A program made the position numbers and the translations under genes. 64,000 nt of DNA. Origin: Azolla caroliniana (taxonomy: Eukaryota > Plantae > Polypodiophyta). The notes beneath the pieces were generated by a model, which did not search any database, had not been told where the DNA came from, and saw only the letters and a list, made by a program, of their open reading frames with translations. Positions 9,089 to 21,516 of the stretch are shown piece after piece; position 1 is the first letter of the stretch, and each line of letters opens with the position of its first letter. Location: contig JBHGNT010000002.1 of NCBI GenBank assembly GCA_043228905.1, positions 7,006,001-7,070,000 on the forward strand. Reading direction: 5' to 3'.

Positions 9089-11988
9089 ACGTCATGTACA
9101 TGTAATGATGCGCTATGTACTCGTTGTATCCAAAGCAGACCATGGGGTTCTTCTGGCGGGTAGATTGGCATCATTGCTCATTAGCCGATTTTGAGGCCCT
9201 CTTGGCGACTTTGTTTCCGGAGGTCCATCTTCGTTCTTCTCGGAGTCGAATTCACTTTGATCTGACTCTTCCTTATCCGTGCCGTACTCTGGCATCTTCT
9301 TCTTTCCCTTCTCTTCGCGCGTAAGCCATGTCCTCGGCTTCTTGCACGTGGAATGCATGGCCGAGTCACCATTACTCGCCGGCTCTGTGTCTAACTGAAC
9401 ATGCCGACTCAGTCGCTCATTCGGCGCACTTAGCCTGAATGAGATCAGACTCTCTTCAAGAGCTCCATTGTCTGCTTTGTCCCGAGGCATTTCAGCCTCA
9501 CTAACCTCTTCGTTAGTGATCGGAATGGAGTCATCAGTGGTTGGTGGCGAAGGCAAGTACCACGACACTGAATCGTCGAACACAACATCACGACTTACGC
9601 GAGCTTGTTGGTTCGGGGGTTATAACACTGATAAACCTTCTGTTCATCCGAGTAGCCAACCAAGATACACTTCTTGGCTTTGGCGTCCAGCTTCCTCTGT
9701 TTCTCCTTCGGCATATGCACATACACGATGCTACCAAAAACCCTCAAGTGTGCCATGTTCGGCTTCTTCTTGAAGTACAATTCATGTGGCGACAATCCTC
9801 CATTAGCAAAAGTCCGATTTTGAAGGTAAACAACTGTCCTTACGGCTTTAGCCCAATAAAATTTTGGCATATGTGTCTCTTCGATCATTGTCCTAGCCGC
9901 CTCTTCGATCGTCCAATTTTTCCATTCTGCTACAGTGTGTATTTGCAAGAGAATTCATGCCAAATTCCTTTGTCCTGCAGATAATTCGAGAATTGGTCGG
10001 AGAAGTACTCCTTCCCACCATCAGATCTTAGGCACTTGATCTTTCGTCTGGTTTCCCTTTCTGCAAGACTCTTTACCTTCAAGAAACACGTGAAGACTTC
10101 GATCTTTTTCGCAATCAAGCACGCCCAAGTGTGCCGAGAGAAGTCATCTATGAAAGTCACGAAATATCGGCTTCCACCGAGACTCACGTTCAGTGCCGGT
10201 CCCCATACATCTGAATGGATCACATGGAGCTGATTTCGACTCCGGTTACGCTCATTTGGGAATGGAAGTCGGTGATGCTTTCCCAACAGGCATGCTTCGC
10301 TGACTTGGCCCTTTCGGTCACTGAATTTCGGCAAGCTGAAAACAATGTTTTTCGTCTGCATTTCTCGAAGCTACAGGAAATTTACCTGGCCGAACCGCTT
10401 GTGCCATAGGTCGATATCCAGTTCGAACATTTTCCCTTTTGTGAACATAGTGGTGCCTACATAGTTGGTCTCGAGGATAAACATCCTCCCTTCACGACGC
10501 CCTTGCGCGATTATCTTGCCTTCCTCTTCGATGTAACAACCAAGATGCGTGAATCGAACTTGCATCCCTTGGTCGACGATCTGTCCGACTAGCACCAGGT
10601 TCTTGGTTATTGTCAGGACGTGTGGCACGTTCATGAGTTTCCCTTTCTGCCCGACGTGGCTGAGGGGAACTTCTCCAATATGTTCGATGGTATGCAAAGT
10701 GTCATCTCCAGTTTCGACCACTCCTTGTTTTTCCGGTTTCTCCAAGTATGAGAACCATTCCTCGTGACTTTTCATATGATTTGACGCCTCCACTGTGCGC
10801 CGACTCGCCTTGTCTGTCACAACCACGTGGCCTATCTTCCTCCATGTACAACATCTTGTTGTCAGCGTGCATACTTGTTAACGCACCCACATGGTTCTCC
10901 TCTACTAGGAGCATCGACTGTAAGTCAAAAAACGATGGCTTATTCTCCCTCATACAGACCGCAGTTCGGAAAGCTCCGAACTTCGACGCTAACCCTCCGA
11001 GACAGACCTGCACCATTTCCTCCTCCTCGACGTTTACATCGACGGAGGTGAGAGAGTCACAGATGTCCTTGATCTTGGAGGTGTAGTCAGCCACTGACAT
11101 ATCTCGTTATCGAACATTGCTCAACTATTGCCTGAGTTGGAGCTTTCTGGCTGTGGTGCTCACGACGAAAATCTTTTTCAGATTTCCCCAAGCATCCTTT
11201 GGTGTCTTCACATCCCGAATGTAGCTCAGAAGCTACTCGCTCACACAGGATGCGAAACAATAGAGAACGCTACTTGCCGCTTGTTCCCAGGCCGACAAAA
11301 CTCTGTGTGTCGATTCGGGTGTTAAGCATTAACTGCATTGATATAACTCCAATAACCATGACCGAGCAGGTACTGGTGCACCTTGTAAGACCAAGATGTG
11401 TAGTTGCTCCTGTCGAGCTTCTTAATCGGTAGCGAACTTCCCATTCCTCTGTCCATATTGTTGTCGTATCTTTGCCAAAATCGAAAAAGCTTGACTCTGT
11501 CTTTATCGCTTGCCTTTCTATCGGTTGTAGAGGAGTCTAAACCCTCGCGCTCTGATACCATGTAAAGGAATACATGCGGAAGCATGTGCATAAAAGACAC
11601 ATAGTACACAGTTTGGAAACATGACAATTTGGTGAAACACAGAAAACACAAAGAGAAGAAGAAGAAGAAGGAGGGGGAGAGAGAGAGAGAGAGAGAGTAA
11701 ACAACATTTCTATTCTAAGAAAATAACACTTTGTACATAGGATGTGCTCAAAGAGCACTTTTATACAAGTCCATACGGACTGATAGAAGTACTGACACGT
11801 ACTTCAATGCTCATTAATGAGCCCCTACATGAACTCCCAAAATATATTCCTCCGCGGAATATCTTTCCAATGGCCTCTCGGTTTACGCACCGCCACGACC
11901 TCTTGTTGCGCACCCGGTTTACGCACCTAGCCTACGCACTAGTTTACGGACCGGTTTACGCACCCAATGTTGATCTTGTATCTCAACA
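9089..11988 (-). mobile_element. Element B: degenerate Ty1/copia, 5' half, interrupted by A
   Basis: LTR about 11561-11988 and tRNA-iMet PBS 11549-11560. Gag (KLDRSNYTSWSYK), GAG-pre-integrase WHKRFG, integrase HSDVWGP...LRSDGGKEY, and KLDAKAKKCILVGY, all frameshifted. A deletion near 10785 removes the zinc knuckle and protease DSG. Confidence 0.88.
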
Positions 11989-12229
11989 GAAACCATGGCT
12001 CCAATCCCATGGTTTTGTGCAAGGAAAAACCTATAAAAATCCCTAGTAGGGCTTGTGTAAAGAGGGGGGTCAATTTGGAGATCATCATCATCAATATAAT
12101 ATTCTTCTTGACATCTATCTTCTTCTAATTTAGCTTCTTTTTTAGTATAAAAATCTTTGTTCTTTTCAAATGTGACATTGGTTGCACGTGAATCTTCGTG
12201 ACACCGCTTGATAATGTCATAGACATATG

Positions 12230-15200
12230 CCGGTTCAACGCATTCTTCCTCATCAGGGAGGTCCGGTTCAACGCATTCTTCCTCTCGTAGAGGCCCGACA
12301 GCTTCCGCCACATCTCATATGCGTTGGTGTCGTTCGCCACATGTTGTAGAACGCTCACGTCGACGTATTGCCGAATGGTTGCAACGGCTTTCCGGTTCAG
12401 AAGCCTCCATTCCGACTCAAGTACCCCCTTCGGTATTTCCGACCTGTCAATCGGTTCGTACAGGTCCCGAACAATCAGAAGATCCTCCATCTTGATCTTC
12501 CAGTCGGCGTAATTCTGCGCATTCAGCACCATCATCCCCGGCTGCCCGCTGCCGCCGCCTTCCATTTTCTGCAGCAGTCGCTCTGATACCAGTTTGTAGA
12601 GAAATCGACGCTCCAATTAATCTTCACCGCTCGGCCACAACCGAGTAAGCACGAATCAATGCAGCAGAAAATAGGAACCACAGAGAAAGAACACGAATAC
12701 ACAGTGATTAACGTGGAAAACCCTAGACGGGAAAAACCACGGGAGTACAAGACTCCAAACCAAAACTATGCACAGAGAAATATACAATGGCGAGCTGCAA
12801 GGCGACGACCTTGAGCTCGCATTCCTCGCCACAGGCGGCGGTATTACACAGAGGCTTCGACCTCCTCGTCTCTCACACTCTATCTCTCTCACGGCTGCGC
12901 TCTCTTCACTTCTCTTGAGTGGAAAAACAGAAAAATGAGTAGCAACCACAGAACTGTTTGCCCTAAGTCATATTTATACACATATGACTTTGGGGCTATT
13001 TACAACTATAGCCTCAAGGGCCCTTGGCAAACATATTTACAGATATGTCCCCGCATCCGGATCTCGCTCCGAGTACATTCGTCATCCGGCTCCGAAGCCG
13101 GGGTCTTCATCATCCGGTTCCGAAACCGAAACCGGGCTTGTCGGCATTCATCTCCGATATCCGACCATCCCATCCGAAAGGGACCGTAATCCCAACAAAC
13201 TCCCCCTTCACTTCGGCATGGGATGTCTTTCCAATCCGATCCTCTTCCGGCATGCTTCGAGCTTGTCGGGTGTGAGCACCTTGGTCAGCATATCCGACCC
13301 GTTCTCGTCCGTGTGGACCTTCGTCAGCACGAACTCCTTGTCTTCTATCCTTTCCCGGATCCAGTGATATCTTCGCTGGATGTGCTTCGTCCGGGAGTGA
13401 TAGGCCGCGTTCTTCGCAAGGTGGATTGCACTCTGACTGTCGCAGTAGAGTCGGTACTCCTCCTGTCGGATACCGAGCTCTCTAATGAAGTCCTTCATCC
13501 ATATTATTTCCTTGCCGGCTTCAACAGCCGCCATGTACTCCGCCTCCGTGGTTGACAACGCAACCGTCTTCTGCAGCCTCGACTGCCATGAAACAGCTCC
13601 CCCTGCATACGTCATCACATACCCTGATGTGGACCGGTTGGTATCTGCATCAGCCGACATATCCGAATCGGTGAAGCCGTCGAGTTCGGGCTACCGGAGC
13701 CGAATCGGAGGCACACGTTTGCCGTGCCCTTCAGGTATCGGAGTATCCACTTGACCGCGTTCCAGTGCTCTTTGCCGGGATTGCTCATGTACCGGCTCAC
13801 CACTCCGACTGCATATCCTATGTCCGGTCGGGTACACACCATTGCGTACATCAAGCTCCCGACGGCAGAGGCATATGGTACTTTCATCATGTCCTCCTTC
13901 TCAGTCTTTGTCTTGGGGTTTGCTTGCTGGACAGCTTGCAGTTTGCCGGGAGTGTTGACCCGACCGGTCATGCTTCCGACATGTTGAACCGGTGAAGCAC
14001 CTTTGTCACGTACTTCTCCTGTGACAGCCACAACTGCTTCTTCTTCCGGTCCCGGATGATGTGCATCCCCAGTATTTGCCTCGCCGGACCCAGGTCCTTC
14101 ATTGAGAAGGTTCGGTGAAGAGCCTTCTTCAGCATCCGTATCTTGATTTGGTCCCGTCCGACGATCAACATGTCGTCCACGTATAGGAGGAGTATTAGAA
14201 AGTCTCCTCCTTCGAACTTCTTCACAAACACGCAGTGGTCGGACTGCGTTTTGAGGTACCCTTCGTCGGTCATGAAGGAGTCGAACTTCCGGTACCATTG
14301 TTGGGGAGCCTGTTTCAGTCCGTAAAGGCTCTTCTTCAACCGGCATACCAGGTGCTCCTTCCCTTTCTTCTCGAATCCTTCCGGTTGCTGCATGTAGATC
14401 TCTTCTTCGAGGTCACCGTGAAGGAATGCCGTCTTCACGTCCATCTGTTCTACCTCGAGGTCCATGCTTGCCGCTATGCTCAGCACCGTCCGGATGGAGG
14501 TCATCTTCACTACCGGGCAAATATCTCGTCGAAGTCGACGCCCTTCTTCTGCTGAAACCCCTTCACCACGATCCTGGCTTTGTATCTCGGGGGGTTTCCG
14601 GCATCTCCCGGTTTCAGCTTGAACACCCACTTGTTTCGAAGTGCCCGCTTTCCTTTCGGCAACTCCACAAGTTCATATGTGTGGTTCTCATGCAGGGAAT
14701 CCATCTCGTCCTGCATGGCACTCAACCACCTGCGGCTCTGGGTGTCATGCTTTGCTTCTTCAAAGCTCTCCGGCTCCCCCTCGTCGGTTAGTAGCACGTG
14801 CTCTGGTTCCGGAAATCTCCGGGGGGCCCTTCTCTCTCTCAGAGGATATCTCCGTTCCGGAGCTTCGGTAACCGGTTCTTCCGATTCTTCTTCATCCGAA
14901 TCCATTTCGGGATCGGGGCCGGTTCCGGTATCGTTTTCATCTTCTTCGGACGGTTCTGTTTCTTCACCGTCTTCGGCCGGATCCTCGAGTGCTAACCGGT
15001 CCCTTGCCGGTCGGGACTGCTCCTCGTAGAGTTGATCCTCACCGGTCGACTTGGAGCTCTTCATCTTCTTCTCCGACTCCCAGTCGGCGAGTGTCTTGTT
15101 CTCCATGAAGATGATATCACGACTCCGGAATATCTTCTTGTCAACCGGGTCCCATACTCGGTAGCCGAACTCGTCATCGCCGTAACCGAGGAATATGCAT

Positions 15201-17910
15201 GGCCGGGTCTTTGGATCTAGCTTTCCTCTCCGGTCCTTTGCCACATGCACGTATGCGAGACACCCGAACACCTTCAGATGCCGGTAGGATACTTCCCTAC
15301 CGGTCCACACTCTCTGCGGTGTGTCTCCGTCCAAAGGTACTGAGGGTGATCTGTTTATCACGTATGTCGCCGTCGACATCGCCTCAACCCAAAACCCCTT
15401 GGGTAATTCCGCATGCGCCAGCATACTCCGGACCCTCTCCATTATGGTCCGATTCATCCTCTCGGCCAGCCCGTTCAGTTCCGGCGTCTTCGGCATAGTA
15501 AACTCGAGCCGGATTCCCTTCGAGCGACAGTACTCCGCGAACTGCCCCCGGTATTCCCCTCCGTTATCCGCTCGTATCGCTTTCAGCTTCTTGCCGGATT
15601 CCCTTTCCACTCTCGCGTGGAGTTCTTTGAAGACGCACAACACTTGGTCCTTTGTCTTCAACGGTGCCATCCACAGCTTCCGGCTGTGATCATCAATGAA
15701 GGTTACGAAGTACTGGGCTCCGCCATGTGATTTCGTTTCTACCTGACACACATCAGTGTGTACCAACTCCAATGGTACACTACGTCTCGTCGGTGGCCTT
15801 GAGTGGAAGGAGGCTCGGTTCTGCTTACCGGCCAGGCAATCGGTGCACTTCTCCAGGTGCACGTGCTTCACTGGAATAAGGTTGTCTTCTGCAAGCCTCT
15901 TCATCCCCTTCTCACTCATGTGGCACAGTCTTTTGTGCCACAGCTCACCGGCAGTGTCGGCTGCCACATTCAGCTCTTCCGGACATAACCGGGCATTCAT
16001 CAGGTACAGTGTGTTGACTTTCCGGGCCCGAGCCACTATCAGGCTCCCCTTGCTGAGCTTCATTACGCCGTTCCGGATGCTACCTGTGTAGCCTTCGTCG
16101 TCTAGCCTTCCGGACGAAATTAGGTTCAATCGAACCTCCGAAACGTGTCGGACATCCTTCAGCAGCATTTTGCATCCGGTCGGGGTTGTCAACCACACGT
16201 CTCCTATGCCGGCAATCCGGCACGTACCTTCGTTTCCCATCCGAACACAGCCATGCTCACCGGCTGTGTAGGATGAGAAGTATCTTCTTTCCGGGGTCAG
16301 GTGGAACGATGCTCCGGAATCAACCACCCAGGTCGTCTCATCGCCGGCAATGTTTAGTTCACCTTCTTCGGTGATGAGCATGATCTCCTCTTCACTTGCC
16401 GCGAGTGCCGTCGTTCCTTTCCGGTCCTGCCCTCGCCGATCCGGACCTCTCCGGTCCGTGGCTCCCCGGTATGCACCGTTTCTCTCCGGTGACTTCTTCG
16501 AATCGGTGTCGTCGGCTCCGTTGTCCTTTCGGTAATGCCGACAATTCTTTCGGAAATGCCCCGGCTTCCCACAGTGGAAGCAAGTGGGCCTTCCTCTTGA
16601 CTGCGACCGGGTCCCCGACTTCTCTCGTCTTTGCGGACTCCGGTTCCATTGTCTTCCCCGATCCGATTCGGTAAACAACATCTTCGGATCGGAGGCCGGT
16701 TCTTTATCTCTCCGACGCGCTTCTTCGTTCAAAATACTTGTCTTTACCGTTTGTAGGGACAAGTTATCTTCGGTGCAGGAGGTGTTGAGAGTCACCACCA
16801 AGTTCTCCCAGCTTTCCGGCAATGTACACATCAGGATGATGGCTTGCATTGCATCCTCCAACGGGAACTTGATCGCCGCAAGCTGGTTCACGAATCCCAT
16901 GAACGTGCTTACGTGTTCCACCATACTCTCGCCGTCCCGGTACTTGAGGTTCACTATCTTCCTCATCAGGGAGGTTCGGTTCAACGCATTCTTCCTCTCG
17001 TAGAGGCCCGACAGCTTCCGCCACATCTCATATGCGTTGGTGTCGTTCGCCACATGTTGTAGAACGCTCACGTCGACGTATTGCCGAATGGTTGCAACGG
17101 CTTTCCGGTTCAGAAGCCTCCATTCCGACTCAAGTACCCCCTTCGGTATTTCCGACCTGTCAATCGGTTCGTACAGGTCCCGAACAATCAGAAGATCCTC
17201 CATCTTGATCTTCCAGTCGGCGTAATTCTGCGCATTCAGCACCATCATCCCCGGCTGCCCGCTGCCGCCGCCTTCCATTTTCTGCAGCAGTCGCTCTGAT
17301 ACCAGTTTGTAGAGAAATCAACGCTCCAATTAATCTTCACCGCTCGGCCACAACCGAGTAAGCACGAATCAATGCAGCAGAAAATAGGAACCACAGAGAA
17401 AGAACACGAATACACAGTGATTAACGTGGAAAACCCTAGACGGGAAAAACCACGGGAGTACAAGACTCCAAACCAAAACTATGCACAGAGAAATATACAA
17501 TGGCGAGCTGCAAGGCGACGACCTTGAGCTCGCATTCCTCGCCACAGGCGGCTGTATTACACAGAGGCTTCGACCTCCTCGTCTCTCACACTCTATCTCT
17601 CTCACGGCTGCGCTCTCTTCACTTCTCTTGAGTGGAAAAACAGAAAAATGAGTAGCAACCACAGAACTGTTTGCCCTAAGTCATATTTATACACATATGA
17701 CTTTGGGGCTATTTACAACTATAGCCTCAAGGGCCCTTGGCAAACATATTTACAGATATGTCCCCGCATCCGGATCTCGCTCCGGGTACATTCGTCATCC
17801 GGCTCCGAAGCCGGGGTCTTCATCATCCGGTTCCGAAACCGAAACCGGGCTTGTCGGCATTCATCTCCGATATCCGACCATCCCATCCGAAAGGGACCGT
17901 AATCCCAACA
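12230..17910 (-). mobile_element. Element D: very young Ty1/copia (Tnt1/Tork-like), complete unit 12595-17910 plus a tandem truncated second unit 12230-12594
   Basis: 603-bp LTRs at 12595-13197 and 17308-17910 (3 substitutions by eye). iMet PBS at 17293-17304 and again at 12580-12591. PPT AGTGAAGGGGGAG near 13200-13212. Confidence 0.95.
13208..17278 (-). CDS. Copia Gag-Pol polyprotein of D (gag, CCHC knuckle, protease, integrase, RT, RNase H) with about 4 frameshifts in RT/RH
   Basis: 922-aa ORF 14510-17278 with CFHCGKPGHFRKNC, WVVDSGAS and HTDVC..DNGGEY. YVDD in 13968-14630, RNase H in 13208-13660. Confidence 0.9.
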
Positions 17911-18017
17911 TATTCTAATCAAGGTGAACAACACCAGTTGCGGATTCTATAAGTTGAGTTCTTGTTCTTTTCCTCTCTCTTAGTCTTTGCTCTGCTCTAT
18001 TATACTTGTCTGTGACA

Positions 18018-18029
18018 GTTGTTCACCTT
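18018..18029 (+). promoter_or_regulatory. Self-priming PBS of F
   Basis: GTTGTTCACCTT is the exact reverse complement of AAGGTGAACAAC at 17921-17932 in the LTR. There is no TGG tRNA-type PBS. Confidence 0.85.
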
Positions 18030-19137
18030 CTCCTCTTTTTGCTACCATGTCCAGCTTCGTTGACAACCTAAACCAAGTCATGGCAACCTTGCACCAACTT
18101 CAGCTAGAAAATGAAATCTGTCGGGAATCATTATGAGAGTTGCAATCCGGCACTTTAAGAAATCCACCACCCGCCGAGTCACAACAACCGTCGGCACCTA
18201 GCCTGACCACGTCCTGTTCCCATCCATATGTCCTCGAACCAACCATCATCCTACCAAAAAAATTCAACGGCACGAGGGTGTATCTTTGTGGCTTCATCAA
18301 CCAAATTCGGCTTATCATCCAGTTAAAGCCCCAACGGTATGCTAGCAACTTTTCTCAGGTTGGGCTTGTCGGCACTCTTCTCTTCAGCCTGGTGCAAGCG
18401 TGGTTTGCACCCTTGATCGAGACCTCATCCCCTCTCTTAGAAAACTTCACCACTTTCATTGAGGAGCTCGAAGCGACATTTGGCAACACACACTGGCGAC
18501 GAATGGCACTCACAAAGCTTTATTCTTTCCAACAAGGCTCACGTCCAGCCTTGGTCTACGCCTCAGAGTTCCATTAGATTGGCTGCGATGTGACCATTTC
18601 CATCTCGGTCTCCGAAACGACGTCAAGTCGCTTCTCTTAAACTTCCCGGAGCCCACATCGTTGTCTAAAGTAATCTCCCAAGCTGTCCAGTGTGAAAATC
18701 ATCTCCTCGAACTTCATCAAGAAGAACGGGGGACTCGCGGGTCTTGGGCTTCTTCCTGAAACTCATTAATCACCAGGCCCTACTTGTCTCCTACGCCAAA
18801 CTTACCATCACCCAGTGATACCCATACCACGATGGAGGTCGATTTCCATACCCTGATGGAGATCGAGCACGCTCGGTTCCAATCACTAACTGAAGCCCAA
18901 TGCCAACATCGTTGGCACAATGGACTTTGTCTCTATTGTGGCAACCCCGGCCATGTCATCCACCACTGCCCGGTGCGGGGCCTGCAGCACCAATTCCATC
19001 GTGCACGTCTTGCGGAGGTTCCTCGACAATAGAAAAATGACCAAGTCCGGCTGCAGTAGGAGCCATGCCATTGGACACTTCCCGTTACTCACCTTCTCCA
19101 TGCTCCTACAAGTCCGTTCCACCATTAGCAGGGTTTT

Positions 19138-19412
19138 TTGTTTTTTTAAAGGAAGATACACGTTAGTATATTACTTGAAAAGTCCACATAAGAAAAACAG
19201 AAGGAGACATTTCATCTCACTTCTTTTTGTAAGATACAAAAGCTAGTACATCTCATGATACAAATGATGTCATATATGAACAAGTAGAATAGTACTTACT
19301 GTCCACTATCCAACATAAACGAAGGTATGGCATAACTCCACTTTGGACTAACAGTTGTCTCTGAAAATAATTGGAGTCCTTGCCATCGGTTCTTAAAGGC
19401 CACTTGCCATTG
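19138..19412 (-). mobile_element. 5'-truncated LINE 3' fragment inserted in F
   Basis: Flanked by CCATTAGCAGGGTTTT (19122-19137) and CCATTAGGAGGGTTTT (19413-19428), with a poly-T tract at the left end. Absent from the related element I. Translation AFKNRW..PKWSYAIP resembles the end of the LINE near 53650. Confidence 0.75.
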
Positions 19413-20948
19413 CCATTAGGAGGGTTTTCTTTGCAAGTATGTCTTTGTTTTTGTTCGACTTCAATACATTCTCATGCCTTGCTCGACTCCGGAGCATCTA
19501 CTTGCTTTATCAATCAATCATTTGTCCACACACATAAGATTCCCACCGTCCACACATCACAACCCATACCTGTTGAAGCGATCGACGGTCAGGTTCTCTC
19601 TTCGGGGTCGGTTACCGAAGCCACTATCCCGTTGGAACTCACTTTCTACCTCATCACAACCCTCCGACATCCGATTGTGTTGGGGCTATCTTGGTTGGAG
19701 ACACACAATCCAACGGTGGATTGGTGTAACTGCTCCATCACTTTTCCAGTAAAGCCAATTCCTGCTAGGTCATGACACTCTCTTGATTCCATTGCAGTTG
19801 AGTCCGGTTTGGTCGCTACATTGGCCATTCCTGTCAACAATTTACCCGTCCGATATAGTGACTTTTCCAACACCTTCGAAAAGTGGAATGCCGATCGGTT
19901 ACCGGCTCATAACCCCTACGATTGCCCAATCGAACTCCAAGATGGTGAGCATCCCCCATTCGGTCCTATCTATGGGTTATTTGAACCCAAACTTGAGGCT
20001 CTCCGGACATATTTGGTTGAGAATCTCGCGAAGGGCTTCATTCAACCCTCCAAATCACCGCCCGGGGCACCAATCTTATTTGTCAAAAAGAAGGATGAGT
20101 CCTTACGCTTATGTGTGGATTATCAAGGTCTCAACAAAGTTATGATGCGTAATCATTACCCCTTGCCCTTAATTCCAACGCTCCTCTATCGACTCTGCAC
20201 TTGGAATATCTTCTCCAAAATCGACCTTCAAGGCGGCTACAATTTGGTGCGCATCAAGCTTGGGGATGAGTGGAAAATGGCTTTTCGGATGCGCCATGGA
20301 CATTTCGAGTACAAAGTGATGTCATTCGGCCTTATCAACGCTCCGGCCGTCTTCCAACACACGATGAACGATATTTTCTGAGAGTATCTCGATCATTTCA
20401 TGGTCATCTACCTTGAAGACATCCTAGTTTTTTCTTCCAACTGGGAGGATCACACACACCATGTCCGGTTGATTCTCACCAAACTCCAGGAATATGGGCT
20501 CTTCCCTAAGAGTGACAAATGCGAATTTGATCGGACCTGTGTCGAATTCCTGGGTTACATGATCTCACCTACCGGGATCACAATGGATGAACGCAAGGTA
20601 GCAGCAATCACTGATTGGCCTCTCCCGACTCGGCTGAAAGAGGTACAATTGTTTCTTGGTTTTGCAAATTTTTATAGACGAGTTCACTTCCCTAGTCCAG
20701 CCTCTCATCCAGCTTACCCAGAAAGATACTCCATTTCTTTGCACCCCTGTGGCACACAATGCTTTTAATGCCCTCAAAGTAGCTTTTCTCTCCACCCCCA
20801 TCTTAGTCCACCCCAACCCCACTCACCCTTTCCAGGTTGAAACCGATGCCTCCGACTTTGCCATAGGTGTGGTCTTGTCTCAGCTCGATGATGATGGCAC
20901 CCTGCATCCGTTCGCCTTCTATTCTCGGAAGTTTACAGCCCCGGAAAT

Positions 20949-21431
20949 TGTCGAGAATCGAGACCGGCCTCAACCGGCTTATTGTTCGGATGTGCGGGTG
21001 CAAAGACCGTAAAGTAGAAAGCACTCAGACAGAGTACAAAAACAGAAATAGCACAAGAGACAGAGACACATGATCTTAACGTGGAAACACGAAATGGGAA
21101 AACCACGGGGGTCCACAAACCCCGAGAAACAGAATCACTATGGTGAAAGGAGGAGTACAACTAGAAGCTCCGAGGCAGCAACCTCAAGATTCTACTTCGT
21201 CAAACGACGGATACACAGTTATAAAGGCAACGACCTTCTAAGTAACTTTTTAACAATGACTCATACATCATAACATTATGATTGCCCTAAGTACTTATAC
21301 TAGTACACCTTTTGGGTTATTTACAAGTGTAGCCCATAAGGGCATATTTAGACTATTTACAAGTATAGTCTTCCGAGTCGGCTGTCTACACGATTTTGGT
21401 TTTAGCCTCTACCACGACCCGTTTCCTAACA
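20949..21431 (-). repeat. Solo LTR of a copia family related to D/K
   Basis: TG...CA with perfect TSD GAAAT. Shares TAACGTGGAAA...AAAACCACGGG and CCCTAAGT motifs with the D and K LTRs. Splits [10 protein letters not shown] of F. Confidence 0.9.
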
Positions 21432-21516
21432 GAAATCAATTATCTGGTCTACGATAAGGAGCTTGCAGCTATCATCTCAGCCTTCGCGGAATGACGACCC
21501 TATTTGGCTGGGGCCC

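Noticed and set aside
11919-12311. 130-aa ORF as a gene
   Set aside because: Chimeric across copia gag, an unknown fragment and the B LTR.
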